DNA of 64,000 bases from an uncultured delta proteobacterium (GCA_963713045.1 CAVQKE010000005.1:32001-96000); one strand, 5' to 3'; positions 11,801 to 22,184 are shown, counted from the stretch's first letter. The notes: a model not told the origin generated them from the sequence alone. A program made the numbers and translations.

Positions 11801-12499
11801 TTAGCTGACGGGGTAGCCCAAGCCCTTGCCGCCAAGGCCTCCGTACAGCGGCAACATCCGTCCGCGCCAGGCGGCAATGGGGCTGCCCGCGTCGAGCAGT
11901 TGGACCGGGGAGACACAGCGCGCCCACTGGAAGGCCCCGAACACCAGGTAGTCCGCCAGCGCCGGAGCACCGCCGGCCAAGAAGGGCTGCGCGCTCAGCG
12001 TTGCGCGCAGTGGCTCCAGCACCTTGCGCAGCTCCTCCAAGTGGGCCGGTGGGTCCGCGCAGAAGGCCTCCAAGGTGGTGCCGATGCGGGACTCCCGGGA
12101 CGTCCGGAAGTACTCCCGGTCCTTCGGGGCGACGTGGCCGAGGATGTCAAGGTAGAGGAGCGGGGCCAGGGTCAGCTGGAGGCTGCGTTCGGTCCAGTTT
12201 TTGATGAAGTAGGCGTAGGCCCAAGCTTGGGGGCCCTCAGCCAGTGGCGGGCGGTCCGGGTAAGCATTGTCCAGGTACTGGCAAATGGCCCAACTGTCCG
12301 TCACCACGCGCTCGCCATCCACCAGCACCGGCACCAGACTCTGCGAGGAGAAGGCAATGGCCTGCTTCTCGGTAAAGCGCCACGGCACCGTCTCAAAAGG
12401 TAGCCCCTTGTGGCCAAGCGCCATCTTCACCCGCCAGCAATAGGGGCTAAACCGCCGGTCGTCCTCAGCACCGGCCAAGTCGTAAAGCGTCCGCGCCAT
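11801..12499 (-). CDS. Glutathione S-transferase family protein (LigE-like)
   Basis: RRFSPYCWRVKMALGHKGL, VPVLVDG, DSWAI, ADYLVFGAFQWAR. Confidence 0.88.
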   Translation of the reverse strand: MARTLYDLAGAEDDRRFSPYCWRVKMALGHKGLPFETVPWRFTEKQAIAFSSQSLVPVLVDGERVVTDSWAICQYLDNAYPDRPPLAEGPQAWAYAYFIKNWTERSLQLTLAPLLYLDILGHVAPKDREYFRTSRESRIGTTLEAFCADPPAHLEELRKVLEPLRATLSAQPFLAGGAPALADYLVFGAFQWARCVSPVQLLDAGSPIAAWRGRMLPLYGGLGGKGLGYPVS

Positions 12500-12691
12500 G
12501 GGTGGGGCGTCTTCTAACGCGGGAGGCCCAGCCGGGGCAGCGTCAAACGCGCTCCCCGAAGGGGCCCGCTTGCGGAGGCGACTCCACCGCAACGCCATTC
12601 CCGGCACAAAAGATGCCACCGGCTGCGGTGGTGCGCCCGGGCACCTTGGGACGACAGACTCTGCCGCTGCTGGCCTGCCGAAGGCTCCTCC

Positions 12692-13888
12692 ATGCGCCGC
12701 CTCGCCCAAGTCCTGCTTCTGGCCCTGGTGCTTCCCGGGGTGTCCAGCGCTTCGGGCGGACTCGACGGGGCGCAGCGCCTGACGCTGTTGTCCAAAGTGC
12801 TGGGCGAGCAGCGGGTGATGGCAGTGGTGACACCCGCCTCCTATGGCTTTGGCGAACAGCGCTACCCGGTCCTGTACCTCACCGACGCCGAGGACCAACT
12901 CGGGCACACCCGGGCGACGGCGGAGTTTTTGGCCAGCAATGACTTGATGCCAGAAGTTATTCTGGTGGGCATCTTCAACACCGAGCGCACGCGTGACCTG
13001 ACGCCCACGGCTGGGACTCTGGGCGAGAGGGTCGACTTTCCAACGGCCGGTGGCGCTGAGCGCTTCCTCGACTTCGTGGAACACGAACTGGTCCCCGCCG
13101 TCGAGGCGCACTACCGCACCGTCCCGTTGCGCCTCTATGCCGGCCACTCGTTTGGCGGACTGTGCGGTATCCACGCCCTCTTCAGCCGTCCTGGCCTCTT
13201 CCAAGCCGTCGTCGCCGCGAGCCCCAGCGTGGACTGGGATGCTGGGCTCCTGATGCGGGAGGCTCGGGCGCTCCAAGCAAAACCCCCAGTGCCCCGGGGC
13301 CTCTTCGTCACCTTGGGGGCGCGGGAGGCGTCTCCGCCGGTCCTTCTGGACTTCGAGAATTTCGCCAAGGCCATGCACCAGCTGCCCTGGCCGGACTTCG
13401 ACTGGGCCTGGCAGCTGGTCCCTGAGGAGGACCACGGCTCCTCCGTCCTCCTCGGCTACTACGCTGGGCTGCGGCACCTGTTTGCCGGTTGGGAACTGCG
13501 GGCCAAGCCCGAAGAAAAAAACGTCCCGTCGTTGGCCGCCGTGCTGGCGCATTACCAGGGGCTCTCCGCACGGTGGGGCTACGCCATCCAGCCGTCCGAG
13601 TCGGTGGTGAACCTCCTCGCTTACGTCGCGCTGCAGCGGCGTGCGCTGGGCGAGGCCCTCGAGCTTTTCCGCTACAACGTCGCCGCGCACCCTGAATCCG
13701 CCATCACCCACGACAGCCTGGGAGAGGCACTGGAGCGGGCGGGACAGCTGGAACTCGCGCGGGACAGCTATCGGCAAGCCGTCGAACTCGCCGAAAAGCG
13801 TGGGGGCCCCGCGCTGCTCGGCCCGCTCCGCGCTCACCTGGAGGCGCTGGACGAGCGACTAAAAGCAACGCCGTCCGCCGGCCGCTAA
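12692..13888 (+). CDS. Secreted alpha/beta hydrolase (esterase) with C-terminal TPR
   Basis: Signal peptide, YPVLYLTD, RDLTP, GHSFGG nucleophile elbow, EDH, TPR tail. Confidence 0.88.
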   Translation: MRRLAQVLLLALVLPGVSSASGGLDGAQRLTLLSKVLGEQRVMAVVTPASYGFGEQRYPVLYLTDAEDQLGHTRATAEFLASNDLMPEVILVGIFNTERTRDLTPTAGTLGERVDFPTAGGAERFLDFVEHELVPAVEAHYRTVPLRLYAGHSFGGLCGIHALFSRPGLFQAVVAASPSVDWDAGLLMREARALQAKPPVPRGLFVTLGAREASPPVLLDFENFAKAMHQLPWPDFDWAWQLVPEEDHGSSVLLGYYAGLRHLFAGWELRAKPEEKNVPSLAAVLAHYQGLSARWGYAIQPSESVVNLLAYVALQRRALGEALELFRYNVAAHPESAITHDSLGEALERAGQLELARDSYRQAVELAEKRGGPALLGPLRAHLEALDERLKATPSAGR

Positions 13889-13962
13889 GGGGTTCGGACC
13901 GAAGAGACGGGCTTTTTTGTGCGTCAGCCTATTGGCGGACGCCCCGGGCCGTCCCTAATGTG

Positions 13963-14677
13963 ATGCCGCATCACCCCTCCCCTCCGGCTCGTCGTCCTCC
14001 TCGCTGCACTGCTTGGCCCAACCTCCGCCCGCGCCGCGGACGACGCGCCGTATGCGGGGCCCGAAAAAGTCAGCCAAGGACTGGACTCGGCCCAAAGCGA
14101 CCGCATGGCGGCCGTCCTCGCCGGCCAGTACTTCCACGCGCGGCTTTGGTACTACGGCTGGTCGGCCTTCTACGGCACCGTCATCCTCGCGGAGACTGTC
14201 ATCAATGCCACCTCCACCGGCGGCGCCCGACTGGCGGCCCAAGTCAACATTGCCACCAGCTGGGTGGGCCTCCTGCAGACGCTGGTGCTCCCGCCCCCGG
14301 TGGCCTTCGGCTGGCAAGCGGTGGAGGCCATGCCCGACAGCAATCCCGAGCAGCGCGCGGCGAAGTCGGCCGCGGTCCGGGCCCTCTTCCAGCTAGAGGC
14401 GAAGAACGAAGTCTTCTACCATTCTGCTTTCAACCACATCGTCGGGCTGGCGGTGAATGCCGGCGTCTGCGCCTTCATGTTTTGGGGCCAGCACCAGGGC
14501 ACCCGTGCACTCATCAACCTGGTGGGTGGAAGCCTCGTGTGGGAGGCCAACATTTACACCTACCCCAATGCTTCCATGCGCGCGGCCCACGACGAGGGAC
14601 TGGCCGCCCTACAGCTGCGTGTCGTCCCCCTCGCCTTCGCCGACGGCGGCGGTGCTGCTGTTGCGGGGCACTTTTAA
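13963..14677 (+). CDS. Hypothetical exported/membrane protein, probable frameshift just after the start
   Basis: The frame of ORF 14105-14677 extends upstream into a signal peptide (RITPPLRLVVLLAALLGPTSARA). One extra C after ATG 13963 breaks it. Confidence 0.6.
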
Positions 14678-14712
14678 ACGTCGAAGAAGAGACAGTCGGG
14701 GCTTTGGCCCCT

Positions 14713-14910
14713 CTAGGCCCGGGAGCGACGGGTCCGCAGGGCCTGGGCCGCCACTCGAATGCGCGCGATGCGCGCGGCGCGCTCGGGTGACATCGGGGCG
14801 CAGCGGGCACAGTGCGCCACCAGCGGTCCCCCGGGCCGCATCCACTGGTTTACTGGCTCGCGGCACACCACGCACCGCACGACTTTCCAACCTTCGGGAA
14901 TGGCTTCCAT
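14713..14910 (-). CDS. Small zinc-ribbon-like protein (65 aa)
   Basis: MEAIPEGWKVVRCVVC...HCARC with two CxxC; AGGAGG upstream. Confidence 0.55.
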   Translation of the reverse strand: MEAIPEGWKVVRCVVCREPVNQWMRPGGPLVAHCARCAPMSPERAARIARIRVAAQALRTRRSRA

Positions 14911-15017
14911 TGGGCTGCGACACCTCCTGCCGTGGCGGAGGGCCGCGGGGACGGCCACCACCCTACTCCCGCGCGCGCTTTTGTGCGCATCCGGGGCTCC
15001 ACGTCGGCTGTGCGGCG

Positions 15018-15914
15018 CTAGAAGTGCAACTCCGGGCCAATCAACAGTTGGACAGTGGAGACGTAACTGCTGCCAACCCACCCGGTCTCGAAGATGGCAT
15101 CCATTCCAATGCCGACAATGGACTTGGGAAGAAGCGAGACGCCGAAGCCAAGCCGGAAGGCGCCGCCCACGCCATTCCACCGCACAGTCTGCCCGGTGGC
15201 GTTTTGTCCGTTGGCTTCGGCGACGTACAGGCCAAAGCCGAGCCGGATGCGGCCCTTGGCCGCGTTGCTGCCGTAGGTGGGCGCTAGCAGCACGTCCACG
15301 TGCGGCTCCCAGGTCTTGCTGTAGACGTTGTTGGGCGGGACGCCCACCAGGTTGGGCGTGTACGTGCCCCACATGACGTTGGCCCCGAAGCTGATGGCCA
15401 TGGTGGGGTCGACCCACACGTCGACGTCCAGGTTGATGTCCGGTTGTGCCGTGGCGAAGCCGCTGCCGCACCCATAGGCCGGGACGTAGTAGCTGTAGTA
15501 GTAGCCGCAGTAGTAGCCGGCGCCGACGAAGGCGACGCCGCCCGAGGCGCGAACGGTGTAGCGCACCTTTCCGTCCCAGGGTGGCGGGGGCGGCCGGTAA
15601 TACACGGGCGGGTACTGGTAGTAGAAGTAGTTCGGCGGGGGCGGTAACGCCTGCTGCGGCGGCGCTGGCGGTGCGGGCGGCGGCGGCGGAGTGAACTGCG
15701 GCTCCGGCTGCTGCGGGACGACCGGCTGCGCGGCAGACGGTGGCTGCGGCTGGGCGGCTGCGGGCTGTGCGGCGGGCTCCGGCGCCGGCGGTGGCGGAGG
15801 CGGCTGGGGCGGAGACTGCGGCGTCGACGGCGGCGGCGCCGCAGCTGGGGCGTTCTGCGCCTGGGCCGCCGCCCCAACCAGCAGCGCGCTGAAGGCGAGG
15901 AAGGCCCCCGCCAT
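15018..15914 (-). CDS. Pro-rich putative outer-membrane beta-barrel protein, paralog 1
   Basis: Signal peptide, Pro/Gln-rich linker, beta-strand region ending IGPELHF. Confidence 0.75.
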   Translation of the reverse strand: MAGAFLAFSALLVGAAAQAQNAPAAAPPPSTPQSPPQPPPPPPAPEPAAQPAAAQPQPPSAAQPVVPQQPEPQFTPPPPPAPPAPPQQALPPPPNYFYYQYPPVYYRPPPPPWDGKVRYTVRASGGVAFVGAGYYCGYYYSYYVPAYGCGSGFATAQPDINLDVDVWVDPTMAISFGANVMWGTYTPNLVGVPPNNVYSKTWEPHVDVLLAPTYGSNAAKGRIRLGFGLYVAEANGQNATGQTVRWNGVGGAFRLGFGVSLLPKSIVGIGMDAIFETGWVGSSYVSTVQLLIGPELHF

Positions 15915-16085
15915 TGCTTTCGTGCTGTTGCCCCTCTGCACGCGTCCCTCCTCAGCCCGCGCGGCTGGCCAGTGTCCGCGTGGGAAGCCCGGGAAGCCTA
16001 CCCCGGTCCCGTGCTTGTCCTCTCCCAGGGGCTGGTTTTCCAAGGCGACTCTAGCCGGCCTGGCCGCTCGGCGGGCAGGTACGCC

Positions 16086-16838
16086 CTAGAAGAAGTGAAT
16101 CTCCGGGCCGATGAGAAGCTGCACGGTGGAGACGTAGGTGCCGTCAACCCAGCCGGCTTCGAAGATGGCGTCGATGCCGATGCCAACCTTGGACTTGGGA
16201 AGAATCGACGCGCCAAACCCGAGGCGGAAGGCGCCACCCACGCCGTTGAAGGCGTAGGGGGTGACCGTGCCTCCGGGGTTGCCGTTGTTGACGTTGACAA
16301 TGTAGAGCCCGAAGCCCAAGCGCACCCGCCCCTTCACCGACGTGCTGTAGGGGGGCGCAACCAGGAAGTCGACGTGCGGCTCCCAGATGGTGGTGTACGT
16401 CGTGACGCCGCTCGCGTTGCCGTAGTAGCTCCCATAGGGCGTGTAGGTGCCCCACATCACGTTGGCACCGAGCGTCAGCCCAAGCGACGGTTTCAGCCAG
16501 ACGTCGACGTCCAGGTTGACGTCCGGAAAGGCGGTGCTGTACCCGGCCCCGCAAGCGTAGGTCGGGTAGTAGTAGTAGTAGTAGCTGCAGTAGTAGCCGG
16601 CGCCGACGAAGGCGACGCCACCCGAGGCGCGAATTGTGTAGCTCTGCTTGTCCTCCGGCGGCGGCGCGTAATAAACCGGCTGCGGCGGCGGGTAATACTG
16701 CGGCGGCGGTGGCGGTGGCGGGTAATACTGCGGCGGCGGTGGGGGCGCCGGCGTGGTGGGGTAGTACTGCGCCAGCGCCGGGGCCGCCAACAAGAGCGTG
16801 CCGGCGACGAGAACAGCTGCGCCCGCTGCAGTCTTCAT
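16086..16838 (-). CDS. Pro/Tyr-rich putative outer-membrane beta-barrel protein, paralog 2
   Basis: Shares RASGGVAFVGAGYYC, NLDVDVW, WEPHVD and STVQLLIGPE with the adjacent gene; ends EIHFF. Confidence 0.75.
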   Translation of the reverse strand: MKTAAGAAVLVAGTLLLAAPALAQYYPTTPAPPPPPQYYPPPPPPPQYYPPPQPVYYAPPPEDKQSYTIRASGGVAFVGAGYYCSYYYYYYPTYACGAGYSTAFPDVNLDVDVWLKPSLGLTLGANVMWGTYTPYGSYYGNASGVTTYTTIWEPHVDFLVAPPYSTSVKGRVRLGFGLYIVNVNNGNPGGTVTPYAFNGVGGAFRLGFGASILPKSKVGIGIDAIFEAGWVDGTYVSTVQLLIGPEIHFF

Positions 16839-17033
16839 TGTCTCGACCCCTCCTGGGCCCCAACCCAGCCTGCGGTTTACTCGACAGCGGCGACTTTGCA
16901 ACAAGTGCCAGTCGCGCACCACCTTAATGGCGCCCAGGCTGGCCTCGGCACCAGCCGTAGTTGCACACCGACTGTCTCGCGCGCAGATTTATTCACGCCC
17001 AAAACGCCCGGGCGCAACGGAGCGAGGCAAAAG

Positions 17034-17951
17034 ATGAACGACCAAGACCAAGCAGCTGTGGCAACCATCGCCCTACTCGCGGCCGCCGCGGACGGCAGTC
17101 AATCCACCAAGGAGAGGGCCGAGCTTCAGACTCTCCTCTCCGGCAATGCCAATTTCAACCTCGAGTCCATTAGCCAACAGGTGGCGTCCGGGCAACTCAG
17201 CCTGCCGAAGGTAGCCCAGCAACTCTCCGACGAGACGGCCCGCCACCGCGCCTACGAGGCGGCGCTCTTGGTGTGCAACGCGGACGGCCCCGCCAACCCG
17301 GCCGAGCTGAGGTTTCTCGCGCAGCTCCAAGCGGCGCTGGGGCTGAGCGCCGCGGCGCTGCAACCCGTCGAAGACAGTACACGCGCACTGGCCAATGCGG
17401 CGTCGGCCAGCGGCCTTGCCGCAGCCAACCCGGCTTCCGGCGCCCCCCTCGATGACACCATCCTCCAGCAGGCCATGCTGACCGGCGCGCTGGAAATTCT
17501 GCCTGACCGGCTCGCTAGCCTCGCCGTCCTCCCCTTGCAGCTTCGGCTCGTCTACCTGGTCGGCCAAAGCTACGGGCAGGCGCTGGACAGTGACCAGGTG
17601 AAGGACCTCGCCGGAACCTTGGGCATCGGCGCGGCCGCTCAGCTGGTGGAGGGCGTGGTGCGCAAAGTGCTGAGCGGCGTGGCTTCCGGCCTCCTCGGAG
17701 GAATGCTGGGAGGGGCCACCGGGCTGGCCGCCGGCGCCGCCGTCTCCTTTGCGTCCACCTACGCGCTGGGGCACGTGGCCAAGCAGTACTATGCCCAGGG
17801 CCGCAAGCTGAGTGGGGACGACTTGCGCGCCCTGTTTGTCCGCTTCCAGGGCGAGGCCAAAGGGCTTCTGCCGAAAGTCCAAGGGCAGATTCAAAACCTG
17901 GCCAGCACCCTCAACGTGCAGGACGTGGTCAAGCAGCTGACGTCCCGGTGA
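17034..17951 (+). CDS. TerB-like domain fused to a DUF697/YcjF-like domain
   Basis: AAAADG...ER and VCNADG...AELRFL TerB-like motifs; Gly/Ala-rich C-terminus with FASTYALG. Confidence 0.65.
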   Translation: MNDQDQAAVATIALLAAAADGSQSTKERAELQTLLSGNANFNLESISQQVASGQLSLPKVAQQLSDETARHRAYEAALLVCNADGPANPAELRFLAQLQAALGLSAAALQPVEDSTRALANAASASGLAAANPASGAPLDDTILQQAMLTGALEILPDRLASLAVLPLQLRLVYLVGQSYGQALDSDQVKDLAGTLGIGAAAQLVEGVVRKVLSGVASGLLGGMLGGATGLAAGAAVSFASTYALGHVAKQYYAQGRKLSGDDLRALFVRFQGEAKGLLPKVQGQIQNLASTLNVQDVVKQLTSR

Positions 17952-17983
17952 CAGGGCGCGCCGGCGCCCTCACCGGGGTCGAG

Positions 17984-19006
17984 CTACAGGCTCCGCAAAA
18001 CTTCGTCCAGCACCTCGCGCGGAGGGCGCACGCTGTCCGCCGGCAGGGTGGCCAGCGGTGCGTCCACCAGCCCAAGCCGGTCGATGAAGGTGGGCGCCTC
18101 GGTGTCCACGTAGAGGACGCCGGTGAGGACTTCGCTTCGGCCGTGCGCTTCCAGAATCCGCTGCACCGCGCGCAGCTTCTGGCGCGGGTCGTAGCTTTCC
18201 TCCAGCTTGTGCAGCTGCAGGCGCGAGCCGTCATGCAGCCGGACGTCCACTGTCGTCCCGGCGTCGTACTCGACGCCAATGTCGTCAAACACTGGAACGA
18301 AGGACAGCTCGTGCAACGGCTCGTCGTGGTCCTTGGTGTAGGCGTAGGACTTGGTGGAGCCGTCGTGGTCATTGAAGGCGACGCACGGGGAGATGACGTC
18401 CAGCACCGCTGTCCCGCGGTGGGCGACTGCCGCCTTCAACATGGCCGACAGCTGCGGCTTGTCCCCGGAGAAGCTTCGTCCAACGAAGGTGGCCCCAAGT
18501 TCAATGGCGAGCAGGCAAGTGTCGATGGGGGGCAATTCATTCACGACGCCCGTCTTCAGCTTGGAGCCGACATCTGCCGTCGCGCTGAATTGCCCCTTGG
18601 TGAGCCCGTACACGCCGTTGTCTTCAATGATGTAGATGAGCGGCAGGTTGCGGCGCACCAGGTGGACGAATTGTCCAATACCGATGGAGGCAGTGTCCCC
18701 GTCGCCCGAAACCCCCAGCGCGAGGAGAGTGCGGTTGGCCAAAAGCGCCCCGGTGGCCACCGAGGCCATCCGGCCGTGCAACGTATTGAAGCTGTGGGCC
18801 CGGCTCATGAAATACGCCGGACTCTTCGAGGAGCAGCCAATCCCAGACAGCTTCGCCACGCGCTCCGGCTGAATGCCCAGCTCGAACATGGTTTGAAGCA
18901 GCCGCTCGCTGATGGCGTTGTGGCCACACCCCGCGCACAGCGTCGACTTGCCGCCCTGGTAGTCGGAGACGGTCAGCCCGATGCGGTTGGTTTTTGGCTC
19001 GGCCAT
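17984..19006 (-). CDS. korB: 2-oxoacid:ferredoxin oxidoreductase beta subunit
   Basis: STLCAGCGH, SGIGCSS, GDGD...DNGVYGLTKGQ TPP-binding motif. Confidence 0.93.
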   Translation of the reverse strand: MAEPKTNRIGLTVSDYQGGKSTLCAGCGHNAISERLLQTMFELGIQPERVAKLSGIGCSSKSPAYFMSRAHSFNTLHGRMASVATGALLANRTLLALGVSGDGDTASIGIGQFVHLVRRNLPLIYIIEDNGVYGLTKGQFSATADVGSKLKTGVVNELPPIDTCLLAIELGATFVGRSFSGDKPQLSAMLKAAVAHRGTAVLDVISPCVAFNDHDGSTKSYAYTKDHDEPLHELSFVPVFDDIGVEYDAGTTVDVRLHDGSRLQLHKLEESYDPRQKLRAVQRILEAHGRSEVLTGVLYVDTEAPTFIDRLGLVDAPLATLPADSVRPPREVLDEVLRSL

Positions 19007-19008
19007 GC

Positions 19009-20796
19009 TTACAGGCCCTCCCGGGCTGCAACTTCCTCGGTGACGCTGCGTGCGTCGAGGGGGAGGCCGGGAATGTGCGCCACCGAACGAAGGCGCGGGA
19101 CGAGCTCCGCCTTGACGTCCAACCGCAAGAGGGCATGCAGCTGCCCATCCCGGTTTTGCTCCACCACGTACACCCTCTCGTGCCCTTGCACGAAGGCCTC
19201 GACTTCCCGGCTGAAGGGGTAGGCGCGCACCCGGAGGTAGTCCGCTTCAATGCCCTTCTCGCGGCGCAGCTGTTCGCGGGCCTCCAGCACTCCGTGGTGG
19301 CTCGAGCCGTAGGCGACAATGCCCACCACCGCGCCTTGCCCTTCCAGGACGGGTGCCGGGAGGGCTGAGCGGGCGTTGTCCACCTTGCGGGCCAGCCTGG
19401 CCAGGTTGCGTTCCCAGTCGTCCGAGCGCTCGGAGTATTGGGCTTTCTCGTTGTGCCCCGTCCCGCGGGCGAAGTAGGCCGCCGCTGGGTGGTCCGTCCC
19501 CGGAAGCGTCCGGTACCCAATCCCATCGCCGTCCACGTCCCGGTACCTTTCGAAGCCGCCCAGGCGGTCCAAGTCCTCCTTGGAAAGCACTTTGCCCCGG
19601 CGGATGGGCTTGTCCGGGTAGCGAAAAGGTTCGGCCATCCAGTTGTTCATCCCCAGGTCGAGGTCCGACAGGACGAAGACCGGCGTCTGGAAATGCTCCG
19701 CAATGTCAAAGGCCTCCCACCCAAACTCAAAGCACTCCTCCACCGTCGCCGGCAAAAGCAGCAGGTGTTTGGTGTCCCCGTGCGAGAGGAAGGCCGTGGA
19801 CAGCACGTCGCCCTGCGAAGTACGGGTGGGAAGGCCGGTCGACGGACCGACGCGCTGCACATCCCAAATCACGGCCGGCACCTCAGCGAAATAGCCGAGC
19901 CCGGCAAATTCACCCATTAGGGAAATGCCCGGACCGGCGGTGGATGTCATGGCACGCGCGCCAGCCCAGCCGGCCCCCATCACCATTCCAATGGCGGCCA
20001 ACTCGTCCTCCGCTTGGACAATGGCAAACGTCGCCTTGCCATCGGCCGTCAGCCGGTAACGCTTCATGTAGCCGATGAGGGATTCGACCAGCGAGGAGGA
20101 AGGGGTGATGGGGTACCAGGTCACCACCGTCACGCCGCCAAACATCGCGCCCAGGGCGGCGGCGGCATTTCCATCGATGATGATTTTCCCCCGGTTGGCG
20201 TCCATCCGGTGAACGACGAAGGGGTCGGCCTTGTGGAGTCGAGTTGTGGCGAATTCGAATCCGGCCCGCGCCGCGGCGAGGTTGAGCTCGAGCGCTTTGG
20301 CCTTCTTGGCGAAGTGTTTTCCAATGGCCCGCTCGACTTCGGCCATTTCCAACTCCAAGAGGTTGGCCACCACTCCGACGTAGGCCATGTTGCGCAGCAG
20401 CTTCTTGGTTTTGGCCTCGCTGCTGATGGGCTGCACCACCTTGTCAAACGGCACCGGGTAAAAGGCGACGTCCGAACGCTGGGCTGAGAGGCCGAGCGGC
20501 TCGTCATACACCACGGCGGAACCGGGCCGCAGGCTGGCCACGTCCTCCTGGGCAGACTCGGCATTCATCGCCACCAGGAAGTCGATTTCTTTCTTCCGGC
20601 CAACCCAGCCATCCTTGTTGGCCCGGATGGTGTACCAGGTGGGCAGGCCAGCAATGTTGGAGGGAAAGAGATTCTTCCCAGACACCGGCACGCCCATTTG
20701 GAAAATGGCGCGGAGCAGCACCGTATTCGCACTTTGCGAACCAGAGCCATTCACCGTCGCCACTTGAAGGCTGACGTCGTTCACCACGTTCGACAT
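19009..20796 (-). CDS. korA: 2-oxoacid:ferredoxin oxidoreductase alpha subunit
   Basis: WYPITPSS, QAEDELAA, QRVGPSTGLPT. Confidence 0.93.
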   Translation of the reverse strand: MSNVVNDVSLQVATVNGSGSQSANTVLLRAIFQMGVPVSGKNLFPSNIAGLPTWYTIRANKDGWVGRKKEIDFLVAMNAESAQEDVASLRPGSAVVYDEPLGLSAQRSDVAFYPVPFDKVVQPISSEAKTKKLLRNMAYVGVVANLLELEMAEVERAIGKHFAKKAKALELNLAAARAGFEFATTRLHKADPFVVHRMDANRGKIIIDGNAAAALGAMFGGVTVVTWYPITPSSSLVESLIGYMKRYRLTADGKATFAIVQAEDELAAIGMVMGAGWAGARAMTSTAGPGISLMGEFAGLGYFAEVPAVIWDVQRVGPSTGLPTRTSQGDVLSTAFLSHGDTKHLLLLPATVEECFEFGWEAFDIAEHFQTPVFVLSDLDLGMNNWMAEPFRYPDKPIRRGKVLSKEDLDRLGGFERYRDVDGDGIGYRTLPGTDHPAAAYFARGTGHNEKAQYSERSDDWERNLARLARKVDNARSALPAPVLEGQGAVVGIVAYGSSHHGVLEAREQLRREKGIEADYLRVRAYPFSREVEAFVQGHERVYVVEQNRDGQLHALLRLDVKAELVPRLRSVAHIPGLPLDARSVTEEVAAREGL

Positions 20797-20914
20797 GGTT
20801 TCCCTTCGCCCCGCCTCCGACAGCGTCCCACCAAGGCGGCGGCGCAGCAACAAAAGTCTCTTCTGGGAAGAAGCTGCTGAATCTGCCCGTAGCTCTCACC
20901 TAACACGCCAGTGG

Positions 20915-21682
20915 TTAGAATGCGTAGCCCAGTCCAACCACGGCGTTTTGCTCGCCCACAAAGCCCACTTCGACAAAGGCCTCGAGGTGTGCCGGCAGGC
21001 TAAAGCTCGAGCCGAGACTGACGCGAAAGTGGTGCGCATCGCCCCCGGTGAGCGATTGGCCTTGCGGAGCAAAAAAGACTGGGCCGCCAAAGACGGCGAC
21101 GCCCGCGTACGGAAGCCAAAAGCCAAACAACCGCTTTCCGATGACCGCCGACAGCCGAAAATCCAACGCTGTCAATTGCGGCCGGTCCGTCGCGTCCAGG
21201 TCGTCGTACGTCGAGGCGCTGGCCACGCCGGCAGTCAGGCTCGCGGCCACGAAGGGCAACGCTCCCGTTCCGTCCAAAAAGGTGTAGGCCAGCGAGACGC
21301 TGCTGAGAACTCCCGGCTGGAGACGGTAATTGCCGAGCTGGCCGTCGAGACTTCCCGAAATGATGACGCCGACAGACGCCTGCACCGACCACGCAGAAAA
21401 CCGGTAGGTGAAGGCGACGGCGCTGCTCAATTCTTCGAGGCGCTGGTCGGCACCATTGAAGATGAGGTCCGTCCGAAGTCCACCCACACTCAGGGCGAGC
21501 TGGAAGCGCCGCTCGGCTTCGAGGTTCTCGCCACAGGTGCCCGTGAGACCCACGGGGGGTGCCACGCCTCAGGCGCAGGCGAGGGCGGGAGCAAGCAGGG
21601 CCGCGAAAAGGCCCACCCCCCACAACGTGGCGCTCAGCCGTCGGGGGCGTCCTCTGCGCCGCTTCGCCGTTCGGACTCTCAC
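20915..21682 (-). CDS. Putative selenoprotein: outer-membrane beta-barrel with N-terminal C-A-U motif (in-frame UGA at 21569-21571)
   Basis: GTG start, signal peptide ending ALA, then C-A-(TGA)-GVAPPVGLTGTC continuing in frame to a beta-strand-rich domain ending VGLGYAF. SECIS-like hairpin downstream of the UGA. Confidence 0.75.
21540..21556 (-). promoter_or_regulatory. Bacterial SECIS-like hairpin
   Basis: CCCGUG-GGUCU-CACGGG; stem starts after a 12-nt spacer and loop after 18 nt 3' of the UGA. Confidence 0.7.
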
Positions 21683-22184
21683 CCTGCCCTCTCTCTCGCT
21701 GCCCGGCTTGGAAGAAGCGGTGGCGGAGCCTCCCCCCCCCCGGGCAAAGAGTGGGCATCGGCTTAGCCCAGCCACCTGCCACTCGGCCACTCCGGCTGTC
21801 CCGGGCCCGGGCGGCCCACCATCCGTGTGGACGGAACGGCAAACCAGCGGTCCTCCCGCGACACTTCCTTGCCATTCGGGCGAAGGTGAGCCACTTGCCT
21901 GAAGTGGCGACTACCTCAGCCCCCTTGCGTCCTCCTCATCTCGCGCGCCGGTGCAACCGACCACCCCGTCGCCGCTGATGGGGCCCGACGAGGAGCGTCG
22001 GGCGGCGCCGGCTGACTCCTTGGCCTGAGGACGCTCGAGCAGCTTGGCGCTCGTTTTGACGGGGAGCCCCTGGCGCAGGAGTCTGCTCGCCCCTAGCCTG
22101 CGTAGAAGAGCCCGGGGCCGGTCCCCGGGGAATTCGAAGCCCGCGACTTTGGAAGTCGCGGCCCTTAGCAAGGAGCCTTCCGCC

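Noticed and set aside
13870..13920. Rho-independent terminator after the esterase
   Set aside because: A T-run is present but I could not identify a convincing compact stem.
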